64,000 nucleotides of DNA from Marsupella aquatica. Lineage: Eukaryota > Plantae > Marchantiophyta. The translations under genes were made by a program, and so were the position numbers. The stretch spans positions 15,589,974 to 15,653,973 of the forward strand of contig OZ316899.1 in NCBI GenBank assembly GCA_973895155.1, given 5' to 3'. Of this stretch, positions 33,301 to 47,909 are shown piece by piece (the first letter of the stretch is position 1; the number at the start of each line of letters is the position of its first letter). The notes below the pieces were generated by a model. The model made no database searches. It worked only from the letters and a program-made list of their open reading frames with translations, and had not been told where the DNA came from.

Positions 33301-35018
33301 CATTTTGTGGTCGAGGCATTTGGTCTGCATACAATCAAGATACTCAAGGCCCTAACCCTTCAATAACAAAATTTTTAATCAGAACGGAAAAAGATGTTCA
33401 AATCCTCTTTTTTCTAAAATTCTCACGCATTTTTTAAACACAAATCGAGATGTTTGTTTCAGTCAGCATAGAAGGAATAGGTTGTGTGTACTTCTTACTT
33501 AGGTACGTTAGGCGCGATATTAATTAGGAACTTATTACATTATGGGACCCAAAAATGCCTCCAATAGTTTTTCTTCACAATGTACTGTGCAGATCATTTG
33601 TATCGTGCCCAGAGTTATATTGTGGTTTGACACACCTAGTAGCGCGCCGTGATGAGAATTATGCGGGTAGCTATGTGTTTCATGCCGGGTGGAGGTTGTA
33701 TCACCTGAAATTCGGCAATTGCATGTGGTGTTGCATCATCTACTACCGAGGCCGAGTACACGCCTGCCTGTGAGGCAACTAAGGCACTAATCTGGCTACA
33801 AAGATGGAGAGCCGTGGTGTTTTTATGGTAGTCAAAGTGCATTGCACTTGGCAAAGACACACCGTGTTCCACGCCAGGACAGAGCATGTTGACATTTGTT
33901 ACAACTTCACTTCATCCGTGATGCAATTGACAAATTTGCGTCGACAAGGAAAACACAGCGGAGTTTAGAGCTACGGTAGCTGGTGTGTGGATATGATTAA
34001 TCTTAGATATTTTACATCACTCATTGTGCAAATTGGACTGAAAGTGGAGATGGTTAGGATTTCACTCGACTTCCCCAATACGGAAGTTTGGACATTCATT
34101 GGAGACTAGGAAAGGATCCACTAACTTTCGACCCACTCAGCTTAGCATCCCTCACTTGGAGGGTAGACCAAGGTTATCCATTGGATGTGTGTCATTGGTT
34201 TAGAGACCGACCAAGTGTACTCTCATCTACACATTTATTAAACTTACATACACAAGGTGGAATCCTCAAGTTACAATCATAGATAACACACAACACAGTA
34301 CGCACACAATGAACGAGGATGTCAATTGGATCCACGATCTCTCTGTACTTGCCCGACATTCATCGTCCCCCTGTTCCACCAAAAGACCATGCTAAACATG
34401 CTACTCCTACCCAATGACGCAATTCCACTCCAGTGGCCTGAGGTAGATGATCCCACCCGCACAATTCCCCAAACTCCACCCGCACAATTCGCACGGCCCC
34501 TAAACCCTAAATTCCCAGCCAGCTCTTCCGACGCTCTTACCCGCTCGCTGCAAGCTCCTTGGGGATATAAATTTCTTCACCTATAACTAGCAACAACCTC
34601 CTTGGGAAGTTCTTCACCTATTTAACTAGGAACTACTACTAAAGTCTAAAAATTGCAGAGTATTCTTTGTTACCGTCCAGTCACGCCTAATGTGCGGTAT
34701 TATTACTTTGTGAGAAATTTACTCATTAAAGCGAACTAAACACTTTCACTAACGACAAGCAACGCTTATGCAATTTACCTACTTCGGTTCTTTCTTTTAT
34801 TTCTTTACTTAATTTTACATTCTTCGCCTAAGTATACATCTCCATCAAGCTCCGAGTCTCCTTCATCCAACGTGACCCAATTGACCCTTCGACCTGAGTT
34901 TCCTTGGGGGACCGGAGCTCAACCCCGGCTTCACATTATTCTTGACTGACAGACGTTGACCAAGTACTCGGCCAATCCCTTGGTGATATTCTTCCAAAAC
35001 TGCCTTCCCCCTTGTACT

Positions 35019-37006
35019 TCACCCATTGGGTCTGCCGATGAACTTATGCAGCTGTTTCAATTGGGTGTCCGCCTGCGATTTCAGATGTTCAACATCTCCA
35101 CTCAATCTCTCGGCTTCGTTCCCCGCCTCATTTCTCTCTTCCGTCCTGCACGCTAACTCGACCTCAGTCTCCTTCAATTGAGCCTTAGCTTCCTTCAAGT
35201 GATCTTCAAGCCATTTATTCTCGGCCGCAGCTTCCTTCAATTGATCTTCAAACAATTTCTTCTCGGCCAGCATCTTAACGATCCTCAGCTTTGACTCCAG
35301 CTCTTCCTTAACCACAACAGCAACCAAGTCAGCCACCTCACCACTAGGGGAAAATATTGTGTTTGTCTTTGACTCCTTAAGTTTATTAAACATATTACCG
35401 TCGAATTCAACGATCCTAAGGTATTCCATCGACGAGGGTTGGATCGTATGAATTGCACAAACTACTCGCTCCTCATCCCGGACCCTTGCCGGAAACTTGA
35501 AGTGCTTGCTTGGAACCTTCATTTTGGATTGCCATGGACCCCCTGGCATTCTCCCTCCAAATTCACAATGGCACCCTAAACACTCTTGGTACGCTTCTTC
35601 GGACCCCTTACCACTAGTAGGAAAAGCGGGCTCTTGTAGCGTCGGCTCCGACATGGCTGAATGCCGTTGCCGGACTTTGCCTTGGTTCTACACCTTTATT
35701 CCCTGTATCCCAAAGTCCTCATTCGACGTCTCCCCACGCAATTCCCGATATCATACTCGATCGGTGACCTGGAACTTGCCTCAACAGCGCCGCCTCTTCT
35801 TGCACCTCTTGCTTTGGCTTCGAGCCCATGCCCTGTTGTACTACCACCTTCCTTCTGCCCCTGTTTATTTGCCCTTGTGCATTGCCGACTAACAGGTTCA
35901 TCCACTTCAGCTTGCGTTGGTGAACTACCACTCGGACATGATTCTTTCTCAGGCACCCAGTCATCTGGACTAAGCACCTCCAGGAGTGGCTTCTTAAAAT
36001 CCTCGGCGCTTGTTGCTACCAACGGAGAAGATGTATTCTCCTCTTGCTCAGCTGGTGTCGTCTGCAATCTGCTGGCTGCTATCTCATCTACCATACCGCT
36101 TATTCCCAAAATCTCCCTCCGACCATACTTGCATATCATCGGCAAATGATATGATAGCTTGGAAACAGCTCCCGAAAGAGCTCCATCCGCTATAACCTTG
36201 CGGTTAGAATTTAACTCGTCCATTCAATAGTTTCCTATAAAGAAACCCACAGTAATCTCTAACCTCCCCTAGATTCTGTCCTAAAAGCACCTGGTTCTTA
36301 CCTATCTCAGTTTGACTGTTGGTAAACCACAATGTAACCCGAAGGAAATCCAACAATTCCCAAAACTGCTTGTTGGTGCACTGAGTTTGAAAGAACCCGT
36401 TCATTTTTGGTGGCCCTTCAAAGTTGTCCCTTTTCTATCTTAGCCACCACCCGTTGTTTGATTTTGTTAGTTTGACCTTGCCGTAAGCCAAACACCTCTG
36501 ACACTACCCGCATGTTCAATACAAATTCCCGGCCATAGACACGAGTCACTTTTTTGGCAGGATCCCAATTACCTATGAACTCCATCAACTCCCGCTGGCT
36601 TGCATCGTTTTGTAGCCAGGGTAATCTGATAAAATCTTCTAACCCTGAATCGTTCATTAAACTGGGGTCACGCTTATCTGTACATAATGCCTTGAACACA
36701 TTGTCCTCCCGAGGAAACGAAAGCCACTGCTTGTCGGGTACCGCATCAATCCACTCATTCCGCTCCAGCTTTTCGGGTGTTGTCAATGCAATGACCTCGG
36801 CTTCACACTCGTCAACCTCGTCCGCTTCCTCTTCACGCCCACCTCGTGCATCTTGAGCCCTCCTACCACACCCGCCTTTTGCGCTAGACGTTGGTTTGAT
36901 GTTCTCCTCGTCTTCTTCCCATGCTATTCCGGCGACCCCACTTCACTCTCTGCTTCCCGTTTCTTCCCCGCTATTGCAGCCGCGGCACAAGCCATGTTTG
37001 TCTTCA
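35019..37006 (-). pseudogene. PMD-like + coiled-coil transposon protein, third family
   Basis: SGLEDFIRLPW..ELMEFIGNWD..RVYGREFVLNMRVVSEVFGL (ORF 36418), continued by ORFs 36204, 35696 and 35019 (coiled coil KLFEDQLKEAAAENKWLEDHLKEA). Confidence 0.7.
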
Positions 37007-38256
37007 TTATTAGTATTGTTGCTGGATGTTATGAGTCCTCAACTCCGACAACCGTAAACATTTCGACAACGGCGTGGTGTGATACCAATCATGCTCCACG
37101 CAACGATACATGCTGCTCTGCTTCATGCTTTGCAGTCGTCCGTCGTCAAACAACAACTCTTCCAACAGATCGATAAGTGGTTTACCCCACGAAAACAAGT
37201 TGGATATATGTGGAGCTTTAGGGTTTGGAGATCCCCAAAGTCGCGGTTTACCCTAAACTCCCGGCTGTTTCTTGCTAGCTATAGCCCTTCCGGCTCTTGC
37301 GCCTCACGAGTAGCAACAAGCTGCCCCGCGGATTGATTAGAGGAAGACTCTAAAAATCGAACGCCTTGGTCACTTTACGCTTTGCCACGACTGGCCTCCT
37401 AGACAACCCTAAACACTGGTACACCCACCCCTCGACCGTGTGTTGCTGTGTGGTGCTACCCATTTTATTGTTTTTGCAATACAAGAAACCAAAATGAAAA
37501 CTCTTTTGTGGGAGTTTGGTTGATTGTGTGAGCTCGTTTTTTGGCCGAGGACTGGGCCGGCGACGGATGTTTTAGTTAAACGCCAGGCACGTTGCAGCGT
37601 TCACCACCGTACATTATCCTACATGAAACACACCTGAGAAAGGATGAATAATTTGTATTGAGCTTTGGGGTTAGGACACCCACTATGGTCATTATTACCA
37701 ACATGTTTAATGGCAACTATGACGTTTAATGGCATAGTAGGTAGGTCAAACAATGCTGACCGTACGAGGACGAGGATTCCTCCAACGCACTAGAAGTCAC
37801 GCCCCATGTTACTAAACTTCTCAGTAGAAGAATTCATATTGGAAATTACACTTTGGAATAGGGGGTTGTTCATTTGGAAGGACCTTTCACTTTTTCCATA
37901 AACCCTTCAACCGTACCTAAACACAGTGGCGTTATGGTCAAAATAGCAAGAACAAAATCAATGGAAACATATGTATTACGCCAAAGTCTTTTGTAAGTAG
38001 CATAAGGACGACAAATGGAAATGGGTGCAATAGTATCATGCAAGTGGAATAGCTGCAATTTCCATAATTCATTTGTAATTTCTGAAGAGAGCGCACCAAA
38101 AGCACGCAATTGGAGAAAAAAGAGGAACTCGCAGACACATGGCCCCCACTTTGCCCATTGAACAATGAACTGACCCACCAGGCGGTGTGTACTGAAAATC
38201 ATGAAGCCGAGCATGCATCGTTTGCATGGGCTAAGGCCATAAACCATAACTAATAA

Positions 38257-39310
38257 TGAAGACAAAAATGCTACGGCTGCAATAGCAGGGAAGGAACGGG
38301 AAGCAAAGAATGGGTCAGCCAAACGGCTTACACAAGAATAGTCGGATGGTATCAAAACGACGTCTAGTGGGGAAAGGGCTGGGTGTGGTAGGAGGGCTCC
38401 GGATGCACGAGGTGGGCGTACACAGGCGGAGGCTTCCGACTGAAGCGGTGGTCAATCGTCATGGCATTAGCAACGCCCCCAAAACTCCTGGAGGGCAAGG
38501 AGTGGATTTGATGTGGTACCCAACAAGCAGTGGCTTACGTTTCCTTATAATGTGTTCAAGGCATTATGTACAGGTAAGTGTGAACCCAATTTAATGAATG
38601 CTTCACTGTTAGAAGATTTTTCATGAGATTACCTTGGCTTCAAAACAATGCATGCCAGCAGGAGTTGATGGAGTTTGTAAGTAATTGGGATCCAGTCAGA
38701 AAAGTGACTTATATCTACTGCCAAGAATTTGTATTGGACAAGCGGGTAGTGTCAGAGGTGTTCGACTTACGGCCAGGTAGAACCGACCAAATTGAACAAC
38801 GGATGCTGGCTAAGATAGAAAAGTGGGATGACTTTGAAGGGCCACCTAAAGCAAACAGAATTTTTGGATTTCCTTCTGGTTACACTCTGGTCTGCGGACA
38901 GTTGAACAAACATAGGTAAGAACCAAGTGCTCTTAGGGCAGAATGTAGGGGAGCGAAGAGATTACCGTGGGTTTTCTTTACAAGAAACTATTGGATGAGA
39001 TACATTCTAGTCACAATGTCAATGCAGTTGGAGCTGTTTCCAAGCTATGTATCATATCATTTGCCGATGATAGCAAGGATGGTCGGAGGGGGATTTTGGG
39101 GATGGTATCATGGTAGGACACGCCCAAACCAAAACAAACTGAACGGCAGAGAGGGCTGGAGCGGTTTATGGTCGGCCTACCAAGAAAGAAGACTCGGAAA
39201 AAATCAGTGGGAAGGGCATATGTCGTCTCGCCGCCGCAGACCAAAAGCACCTGAAGGCCTAAACAAACACCAAAACATAACAACCCCAACACTGGAATGG
39301 ACTAATAATT
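38257..39310 (+). pseudogene. More decayed head-to-head copy of the 35019-37006 gene
   Basis: Shared start atgaagacaaa..gcggctgcaatagc.ggaag, and RLPWLQNNACQQELMEFVSNWDP..EFVLDKRVVSEVF; VSYHLPMI. Confidence 0.7.
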
Positions 39311-41000
39311 GATTAACATCACCGGGAAGAAGTTTAGGCATCAGCACCTTCATCAAACTCGGGCCTCCCATTCTTGTATAATGGCGTCCAAAATTTCTCC
39401 TTTTGTAGCCTTCATCTCGGCCACCTCCTGTAACCTGAATCAACTGCAACATTTTTTTACTCACTTGTGAGTGAAATTGTTTGGGATGAGTCCCTCAAAG
39501 AGACCTCCCCAACCCAAAAATTCCATGCTTAGTACACTTCCCTATTTCGTACCATTGCGAGCATCGTGTCACACACATGACATTCGCATTTGCCTACCCC
39601 ATGGTGAAGAGGCACAAGACCGGAATTGGAGAGATGACACATGCGCAAGAACACTAAGCGCCAACTCCACTAACTCTTCGGAGGAATTGGGAAGGACGAA
39701 TTGACTTGGTTGTGTGGGCGTGGAACCCACGTTCTTGCACGAGTTTGACCGGCAATTCCAGACGGCAACCAGGATTATCCATCCAAGCCTATTCCAGGCT
39801 AACCCTAAACTAGCAACAACAGCACCCTAAACCCGGGCGTACTATCGTCTCTTTGATTCTAGTGTCCCGCCTCTGGATGTATTTGCCATCGCCAACAACA
39901 CAACACAACACTAAAGACTTGGTGGGTCTCTCAGCCCCGTGACCCAGTACCAGTCGCGCTGAACAACACCAGCATCAATCTCTCCAATCATGGTCAGTAC
40001 TGAACTAGAACTTTGAAAGCTCCATTCAACCGATGGCAGCAGGGTGTTGCTTGGCGATGTGCACGTGCCTTGCGTACGTACTTTGCATACTCCCTCCATT
40101 GATTGTTGTCAGCTCCCATAATCAAATCAACACGCAATTGAACCAACCTTTCCCAGGTATGGACGGCACATGCCTAAATAAAAATAAATCATGTTCGTCA
40201 TTGCCGAAGAACCACGACAATGCTGCTCAACTTAACCTGGGAGTTCATTCTCATAGTCAATAACAAGACACCAGATTATGAGGAGTAGACATGGCGACTG
40301 CATCAACTTGGCAAAATGGACGTTCAGAGCGAGTGAGCGACTCCTGAACTCCAGGGCAAATTAAATAAGTGGGTCTTTCCCCCAAAAAGTTGCCAAGTAG
40401 CTATGTAGCAATAAAATTAGTCAAAACCAGTATATTTGTGTAACAAGAGATGTCCTCTCTGGAAAGCAGGATTCCACAAAGTTTTGTTTTTGTTAGCTCC
40501 GCAACAACAATCTCATTAACATGAGCAATGCTCTGTAAAATAAACAAAGATTTGGGCTAGTCTTAAAGCCATTTCCCCAGTGGCAATTGTTTCCTTGGTT
40601 GATGAGTCATTTTGTTGCTTGCTTCACACCCTTCTCGCGGGGACTAAACATAAAAGAATATTTATGAGGAAATTAAGTTCATTTGGTTTCCCAACTTTCA
40701 GCACACCTACTTGAGCCGCTATGAGTAATATTTGAAGCACCCAATGTACTCAAAGTTTCCTCTACAATAAGGCCAGACAAGGTATGTAAGGACCTAAATG
40801 CACCTTACATTTAATATTTTTTATTGAGGCTTTGTTACACTTACATATGCAATTCTGCAAGACAAATGAGGTCACGCAAAGGCAGAGCGCTGGCGATGGG
40901 CACTGCTAGTTGCATGCTACTAAATGGTGACCGAATTGGCCAAATCCTCCTCACCCTCGAACAATTGGGAAATAGTGGTGAAGGCAGTGGTTGTTCATGG

Positions 41001-41064
41001 TATGTATGTATGTATGTATGTATGTATGTATGTATGTATGTATGTATGTATGTATGTATGTATG
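41001..41064. repeat. (TATG)16 microsatellite
   Basis: Direct read. Confidence 0.97.
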
Positions 41065-41965
41065 CTGGATGCAATGATAAACGATGGGAATAATGTCGTG
41101 CAATCCGTGAATGTGTCTGTACCAATTGGGAAGAATGGAGGGAGCCTTGAAAACATTGAGGTATTTTTCCTGTACAACGCGTACATAGCTGCACAATCCA
41201 GGTGGTTGTTCGGTCTGTCTCGCTATGTTACTTATTTCTATTATTAATTTGGGTCTCTCCTAAACTTTGATGCACCCTAAACCCTAAACGTCAACGATGG
41301 TCGCCGTTTGATGCGACACACCCCAAAACCATAAACTTCAAAGGCTGTTTGCTTTTCTTCCGTCCGACAGAATGTAGTGCTCAAATTGCAATCGGCCGCC
41401 AGTGTGACCGCCGCATTCCACCTAACCAAGCCCTGTTGGGCAAGTGAGTTTCCGGTCCGGTTTCAGGATTAACAGACTAAGGTAACCACCAAGCAATAAG
41501 CCTTACAGCTTTTGCGGAATTGCTTTTGCCATTTTTTCTACATGACATTCTTGTAGAGAAAAGAATAGACGGCACCAGCTCACATTACAGAGTAGAACAA
41601 CAACCTCCCCTTGACAGTTGAGCAAAGTTAGGAGGCAAAAGCCATTCTAAATGTGCCACGGTTGAATTTTCCAATCATTATTGTATTTTCCGTGCGTCTA
41701 TGTCCACGGGCAGAAGCAGCCACTCGCTCACCGCGCTGTAATAATCATGCCATCATATCGCTTTCACCTAGACCCTCAGGCCGGCCACACCCCGGTCTGG
41801 TTCCACCATTACCCTAAACTTGCCCTCAATCTGACTACAATGAACGAGGTGTATAAGAGTACTATACTATATTCTGTAATGAGTGATTTTCCACTTTGTT
41901 CTTTCGCAGGATGTGAACGCCTTGTGTTTCAAAAAACAATTTAGATCCATGTTTAGGGTTTCATA

Positions 41966-42835
41966 TAGCCCGATGCCCGTGCGTTGCACGAAAGATGTTG
42001 AGGTGATTAAAACATGCTGGGATGAGAAAAAGATGCCAAGATGATAAAAGATGTCATGAGAAAAATGATATTGAACCGACAAAAGATGTGATGTGAGCTT
42101 CAATTTAGGCAGGATAATACAATTTTTTATAATGTTTGATTTGTATTATGTAAACCCATTGCCCGTGTGCTGCACAATTGTCATTACAGCCATTTTAATT
42201 TTGCAATCAATTATCATTGTGACCATTTCATTGTTGTGGCCATTTCATGTTTGGGGGGCCATTGTGCGCTTGGTCAATATGGTTATTGCAAAAAAGAATT
42301 TAGGATTCGGCGTTATTGTAAGTTGAAAGAAATATTGCATAGAGAGTAAGAAAAAGTAGGAAATATAGTTCAATCTCCCCTCAATAGCCTCTTTTCCACT
42401 TCATATAAATAATATCTTTTCAACTCAAAAAAGTCTAATTTGTATTGTCCCCTTTCCTATAAGTTTACTTTGGGGTGAATGGGGTAAGCATGTGTCCAAA
42501 AGTGATGTGGGGTCTACTTAGATTTTCTTGTTAGACCCACCTACCCATTATAGCCACATGTCACTCACATTCAATTTCCAATACTCTTCATATTGGAATC
42601 AATTTAATGGATATCAGTGCCATAGTCCAGGTGTGGGTGGAAGCACGTGTTTGCCCCAAGCTATAGTAGCACATCCATTATTCTTCTCACCAGATCTCAT
42701 GGACGGGAATATTTAAGTTTTAAATCCAAGGGTCATAATAAGTACCCTCCAAAACTGCAATTTGTAAGCAGACGATAAGTAAAAAAAACAAAACGGGATT
42801 GTGTATTATAGCAAATAGATAGATAGATAGATAGA
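41966..42835 (-). mobile_element. Non-autonomous Helitron, ~870 bp
   Basis: Minus-strand 5' TCTATCTATC..., 3' hairpin region CGTGCAACGCACGGGC followed by a degenerate CTA(G). Inserted at A|T. Body is homologous to 50136-52875. Confidence 0.8.
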
Positions 42836-45749
42836 TAGTGCCCCCGACTCGACCCTCGCGTAGGCAGATTCTAGGTTGTATGGTGTACTTTAAGTTATTG
42901 CCGAAGGGGTGGAGCATAGGGAAGCAGCAAACCCAAGCCAAGATTATGTATCCGGACTAGTCTTCTCCCTTGATGAGTGCCTATGGCTCCCGACCACTCG
43001 AAGAAACGCAACATAAACCTGATTCGCACCGGGATGTCATACCATATCATCTCACAATTGTCCAGACGAATGGCCCTCTTGTTGATCCCAGCTACAAGCA
43101 AAATAATACGAAGGGTTTCTAACCCCATAGCTTCATTGACCTCAATAATCAATACTTTCACTAACTCTGGAATATTATAGTCCACCCTAAATTTTGATAG
43201 TGTACTTTTGGGAAATTGTATGCTTTTTAGATAAGGCTTTTCTTCCAGATACTTCAGCACCAATTTTGGAAACCCTAAACCCTACACCTTTTGAGACATA
43301 ACATAAGAAAAGGGGCTAAGGTCCACAGGGGATTCCTTGAAGTACGTCGTTAACTTCATCAGAATGAGTTTTTTTTTAGAGAGAGACCAGCCACGAAAAG
43401 CCACACCACAAGGGAGAACCCTAAACCCTAAACCCTAAGCCATTTTATCGATGCCTAGATTGAGCACATGGAACTCCGCTTTGCTGAACAAGTACTTCCA
43501 CAATCCGTTTAGCAAAGACCATCTGAAAAGCACAAGCCACCTAACCAGGCCCTAGTACATTGTTGTGCATACAAGAATTCTACATGTCTTGTTGTCAGGG
43601 AGGAGTATGATAGACAGAGGACTTTGCACAGGCCGTTCATCCGCACTCGAGAGCGAGTCGCTCTCTTTCACCAACACACGCGATAGGAGAAGGCATCATG
43701 AAAACAAAGGCTCCTCTATACTCTCTCCTCCCATACCACATGCAGAGGGAGAAAGAATCGAGTGAAAAGAGGCTCTTTTCTGCCGAAGACCAAGTCGCTC
43801 TAGAGATGGACGGGCAAGGAACAAGGGGATTGCAAATGAAAGAGCACCAACATCCAATTTACATAGACACTTGAACACATAAAGATGAGCTTGGGATGTT
43901 CATAGGAAACATATGTGCCTAACAAGAATCCTGGTTGATGTTGGCGTAGGCATCCCTGAAACCAACCTCCCATGCTCAGAAAAACCCAAGCCTCCGAGGC
44001 AAACAACATTAAGGCGGAAAATGCAAGCACTTTTGGTTTGCACCTACACACAAATGCACACTATCAACTAACAAATTCCTACACGATGATTGCATCCGCA
44101 CCAGAAAAACCTCCAAAAACACCTCCGACAGCTGACTCAATAATGCCTCAATCATTCCAGGATGATGGCATCCACTGGTCGGTGTCCGCATTATCACTAT
44201 CCAGAAATTCTTTAGACCACTCTCTGAGCTTCGTTTCTTCTTCAAAGGTCCGTAATACTCTGCCAAATGCTCTTTTTTCTCATGACGCCTAATCTTTTGA
44301 CATTCCTCCCGATGGTTCCTCTTTCGTTGCTCCTCCGCTACCTTTGAAGGCTTCTTTTGTTTCTCTTTCTTTTCCTCCCCCACCTCTAGTCCTTGGTCTT
44401 GTCACGAATAACCACAGTTTGGTTGCTAAGAGGAGGAATGGTTGTTATTTTTGCAGCATCTCCAGAGTCAAAACTATCGGACTCTGCCTATAATGCACTA
44501 GTACTCTTCTCTGCATGCAACGCCAAAGAGCTCTTCACTCGTCTCCCAGGTGCCATCATGAAAGTTTAGGAAAATCACAACGATCCAAAATGGTTGCCAA
44601 GCGCTCAAGGAGAGATCAAAAGCGCATTGATCAAAAGCAGACTTTAAACCTTTAACCTCCGTCATGCAGCCAATTGAGCTCATCCTAGCCGAATCCCGTG
44701 ACCCGGCGCCAACCCATCATCTTGGCCACAACGGACACCAGCCAAAGGTCGACATGCACGCCATTGCAGTCAATGTGACATTGAGTACAAGTACACACCT
44801 TTCACTTTCAGAAGGTCAAAATGATGGGCCTAGTGCTAGGTAGTCCCTACACAAGCCTCGTGCGGTAAATGATTGGAACCAACCAGCTCCAACCATCCCC
44901 TCAACACAAATTGAGGGTCGCCCATTGTACTCCCATAGTCCTGAACCCGACAATTAGCAAATTTAGGCTTCATGTGACCGCCCTGTGTTTCAAAACGCAA
45001 TTTAGATCCGTCATATGTATGATATGACATAGGTCATGATAGTGCCCTAACATGACCCTCGCGTAGGCAGGTTCTAGGTTGTATGGTATACCCTAAGTAA
45101 TACCCGTGTAAACTTGCCCTCAATCTGACTGTCATGAAAGAGGCGCACAAGAGTCTCGCGATGTCTGCCGTCAGGTCACTGTGAAGCGGATTGATGTGAG
45201 CCCCCCTATGTTTCAAAAATCATTTGGATCCGTGACATAGGTGAATGAGACTAATGTTTTCAGTGTCCTAATATTGACACTCGAGGTCGGACAAAACAAT
45301 TCCCCAAAGGATACAATTAACAATGCTGCTGCCTGTCGAAATCTCTGTATGCTGCTGCTGCGTCGACAACATGCTGCTGGACCTCGCCCTCGAGTTCCAT
45401 ATGTGGATTCCAAGCAAAAACAGGGTGTGACTTCAGCTTTGCAACCCTCGAAGTTTGTTTTAGGGGTACCTTGTATTTTACAGTTACAGTTCATGGGCCG
45501 CATCTCCAATAAACTCTATCGAATGAAAACCATCTTTTTTTATGAAGGGCGGTTTGTCTGTCAACCTCTAAATTTTTTTAATATAACACACCACCAAATA
45601 GCCAACACCCTAAACTCTCACCTACCACCACAAAAACTCAACCTCACAAAGCTAAATGCTAACTCTAAAACCTAACCCCCATCCTGCAGATATAGGGTTT
45701 TAGGGTCTAAACCCTATAACATATACTATGTAGTCTACACTATGAATTT

Positions 45750-45975
45750 GCCTCATGCCTGTGGGTTGACGAAAGATGTAAGGGAGAAAATCAAATGAGC
45801 AAAGCTGTCAAGGAGACAAACAAAAAACTATGAGGAGAGAAAAAGATGTCGAGGGGAGAAAATATTTCGAGGACAGAAAAGGTGCCGAGGTGAACAAAAC
45901 ATGTTGAGGGGAGCAAAACATGTTGAGAATAGAAAATGATGCCAATATTATTGAGAGCAAAAGATGTCAAAGTCA
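45750..45975 (-). mobile_element. Degenerate Helitron 3' fragment, same family
   Basis: atgcctgtgggttgacgaaagatg resembles atgcccgtgcgttgcacgaaagatg, followed by the family's gagaaaagatg minirepeats. Confidence 0.5.
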
Positions 45976-46287
45976 AAGAAGCGTTTAGGGAAGTCATTCA
46001 CAGAAAGTGTTGTCGGGAGAAAATGTTTCAAAATGGGAGTTTGTTGAAGAGAAAGCGTTGTGGTTGTGGAACATTGCGGGTTAAGGTTTAGGGTTTCAAC
46101 CCTAAATTAGTTTTGTCAATCAAACCAATTGCCAAGAAAAAGTTGTCATTTAGGGTTTAGGGTTTCAAAAGTTGTTCAATGAGTGAACCTCAATTCATCT
46201 CAAGTCAATCTATTCAATTGAAAACCCATGCCAAAAAGTACTCTATCAACTGACTATAGCTTAGCCAACATTTGTGTACTCTAGCTA

Positions 46288-47413
46288 CACTCTTTTACAG
46301 TATTTAGTCTCACACACTCTAATTACTGTGAGGGTATGTTTGAGGTAAGTGACGGTAATTAGGGTGTGTGACACTAAATAATATGGTGTGACACGAATTG
46401 TGGTCACAAGTCAAATAGTGTCACACACATTTAAAGTTAATAGTTAAAAGTTGCTTATAAGAAATTAAAAAATGCGCACAATATTTTATTACAGTTTACA
46501 AATTTTACTACTCAAACATTGAGGGAACTTCATAAACTTATAACTCCTTCCATGTACCCTAAACCCTAAACCCTAAACCCCAAATATTGAGCAAACTTCA
46601 GATATTTATAACTCCTCCTAACATTTGCAGTTTGGGGTTCCTGAACCACATTGAGCAAACAAGATCTGTTTGCTTCACTTCCATCATCAACTATGAATAG
46701 CTCATGTTGTCTCACTTAAGCTACAAACTAACAATCTTTTCAATCTCCTACAATCTGTCCCCTGTGTGTCATCCTTGCAAGACGGCGTACAGCCCCAGCC
46801 CCAAGAGAAGAGGGTTGAGCTGGCTCCTCACCTGGTTCACCAATATCAGGAGCCACTTCAACAGTAGCATCAATGTCAAGCCCAACTCGACTCCCTTAAA
46901 AATTCACTTGCGCAAAACTTTGCTATGATATTCTGAAGCTCAGATGTAACTAAGTTGATTTTTCAGACTACAAACCATTGACATTTAGGGCCAAACCCTA
47001 AACCCTAAATTTTGTGCATAAGACATGTCATGTCTGTCAACAGAACTGTTCACCTCAGCTAGAGTCCCTTGCCAATGTCAAAAATCAATGTTTGCCCTCG
47101 TGTTTGCCTGGATTTATGAATTTCCCAGATGTGCCCCGTGTCCCAGTCCCCACATGTTTTGGGTCTTCATTTAACATTTTTTTAAATGCAGCAAGGATAA
47201 CTTTGGAGTGAGAGCAGTTTAGGTTAATAACACTGTCACCTCTTATTATCAATATTTTTCAATATATTAATTTATTTTCCAAAATTAAGGGTGGCGGTAA
47301 ATAGTGTCAAATCAAGAGCTACCCCCTAATTTGTGTGTGTGTGTGTGTGTGTGTGTGACGCTAATTGTTAGCGACAATAATTGTTTCGTGACACTAAATA
47401 CTGTAAAGAAGTG
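46288..47413. mobile_element. Non-autonomous TIR element (MITE-like), CAC...GTG ends, TA flanks
   Basis: Left CACTCTTTTACAGTATTTAGTCTCAC versus right reverse complement CACTTCTTTACAGTATTTAGTGTCAC. TA on both sides. Contains AAACCCT repeats and (TG)13 at 47332-47357. Confidence 0.75.
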
Positions 47414-47909
47414 TAGCACATATATGTCACTTTGTCACATATACTTTACGTATCCTACTATTTATATTGTGGGCACCTTTTCAACTGATCCAAGAGTCCC
47501 TACATTTTCCTATACATCATTCTTAGGGTAAAGCAATGTACCCTCCCTTTTCCCATTTTGTAAACGGGCGACAAGAGGGATTTGGCGGGATCCCTTATTG
47601 TAGTTGTACTGATGATTGTTTAACGTACAGGATCTATTCCCCGGGTGGACTCGCTTTCTGTCTGATGTACTTACTAGATGATTGCAGGATTGTGTGGGCG
47701 CAACAAAGCGATATTGTAGACCCTTTGTGATTGTTATTTTCGCTTGTTTTTCTTATATCCGCAAACTCTCATTTCAAGAGATGAATAATCAACAAAAGAA
47801 CAGTGTGATCAATTGGACGGCAAAAATATCATTCATGCTTTTCCTCGGCCTGTAACCTGGATACGGCACCCCACACCTCGTGGTGGCATAGCACATTATA
47901 GGGATACTA

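Noticed and set aside
40700-40790. Possible exon of a 3'-5' exonuclease (LLEPLxVIFEAPNVLKV) between AG and GT
   Set aside because: It is too short, contains a stop, and no convincing neighbouring exons were found.
40824-41247. ORFs with YVCM/HTYI repeats
   Set aside because: They are translations of the (TATG)n microsatellite.
42895-44700. ORFs of 120 aa and less, including a Lys/Glu-rich one
   Set aside because: No recognisable domain; probably decayed element sequence.
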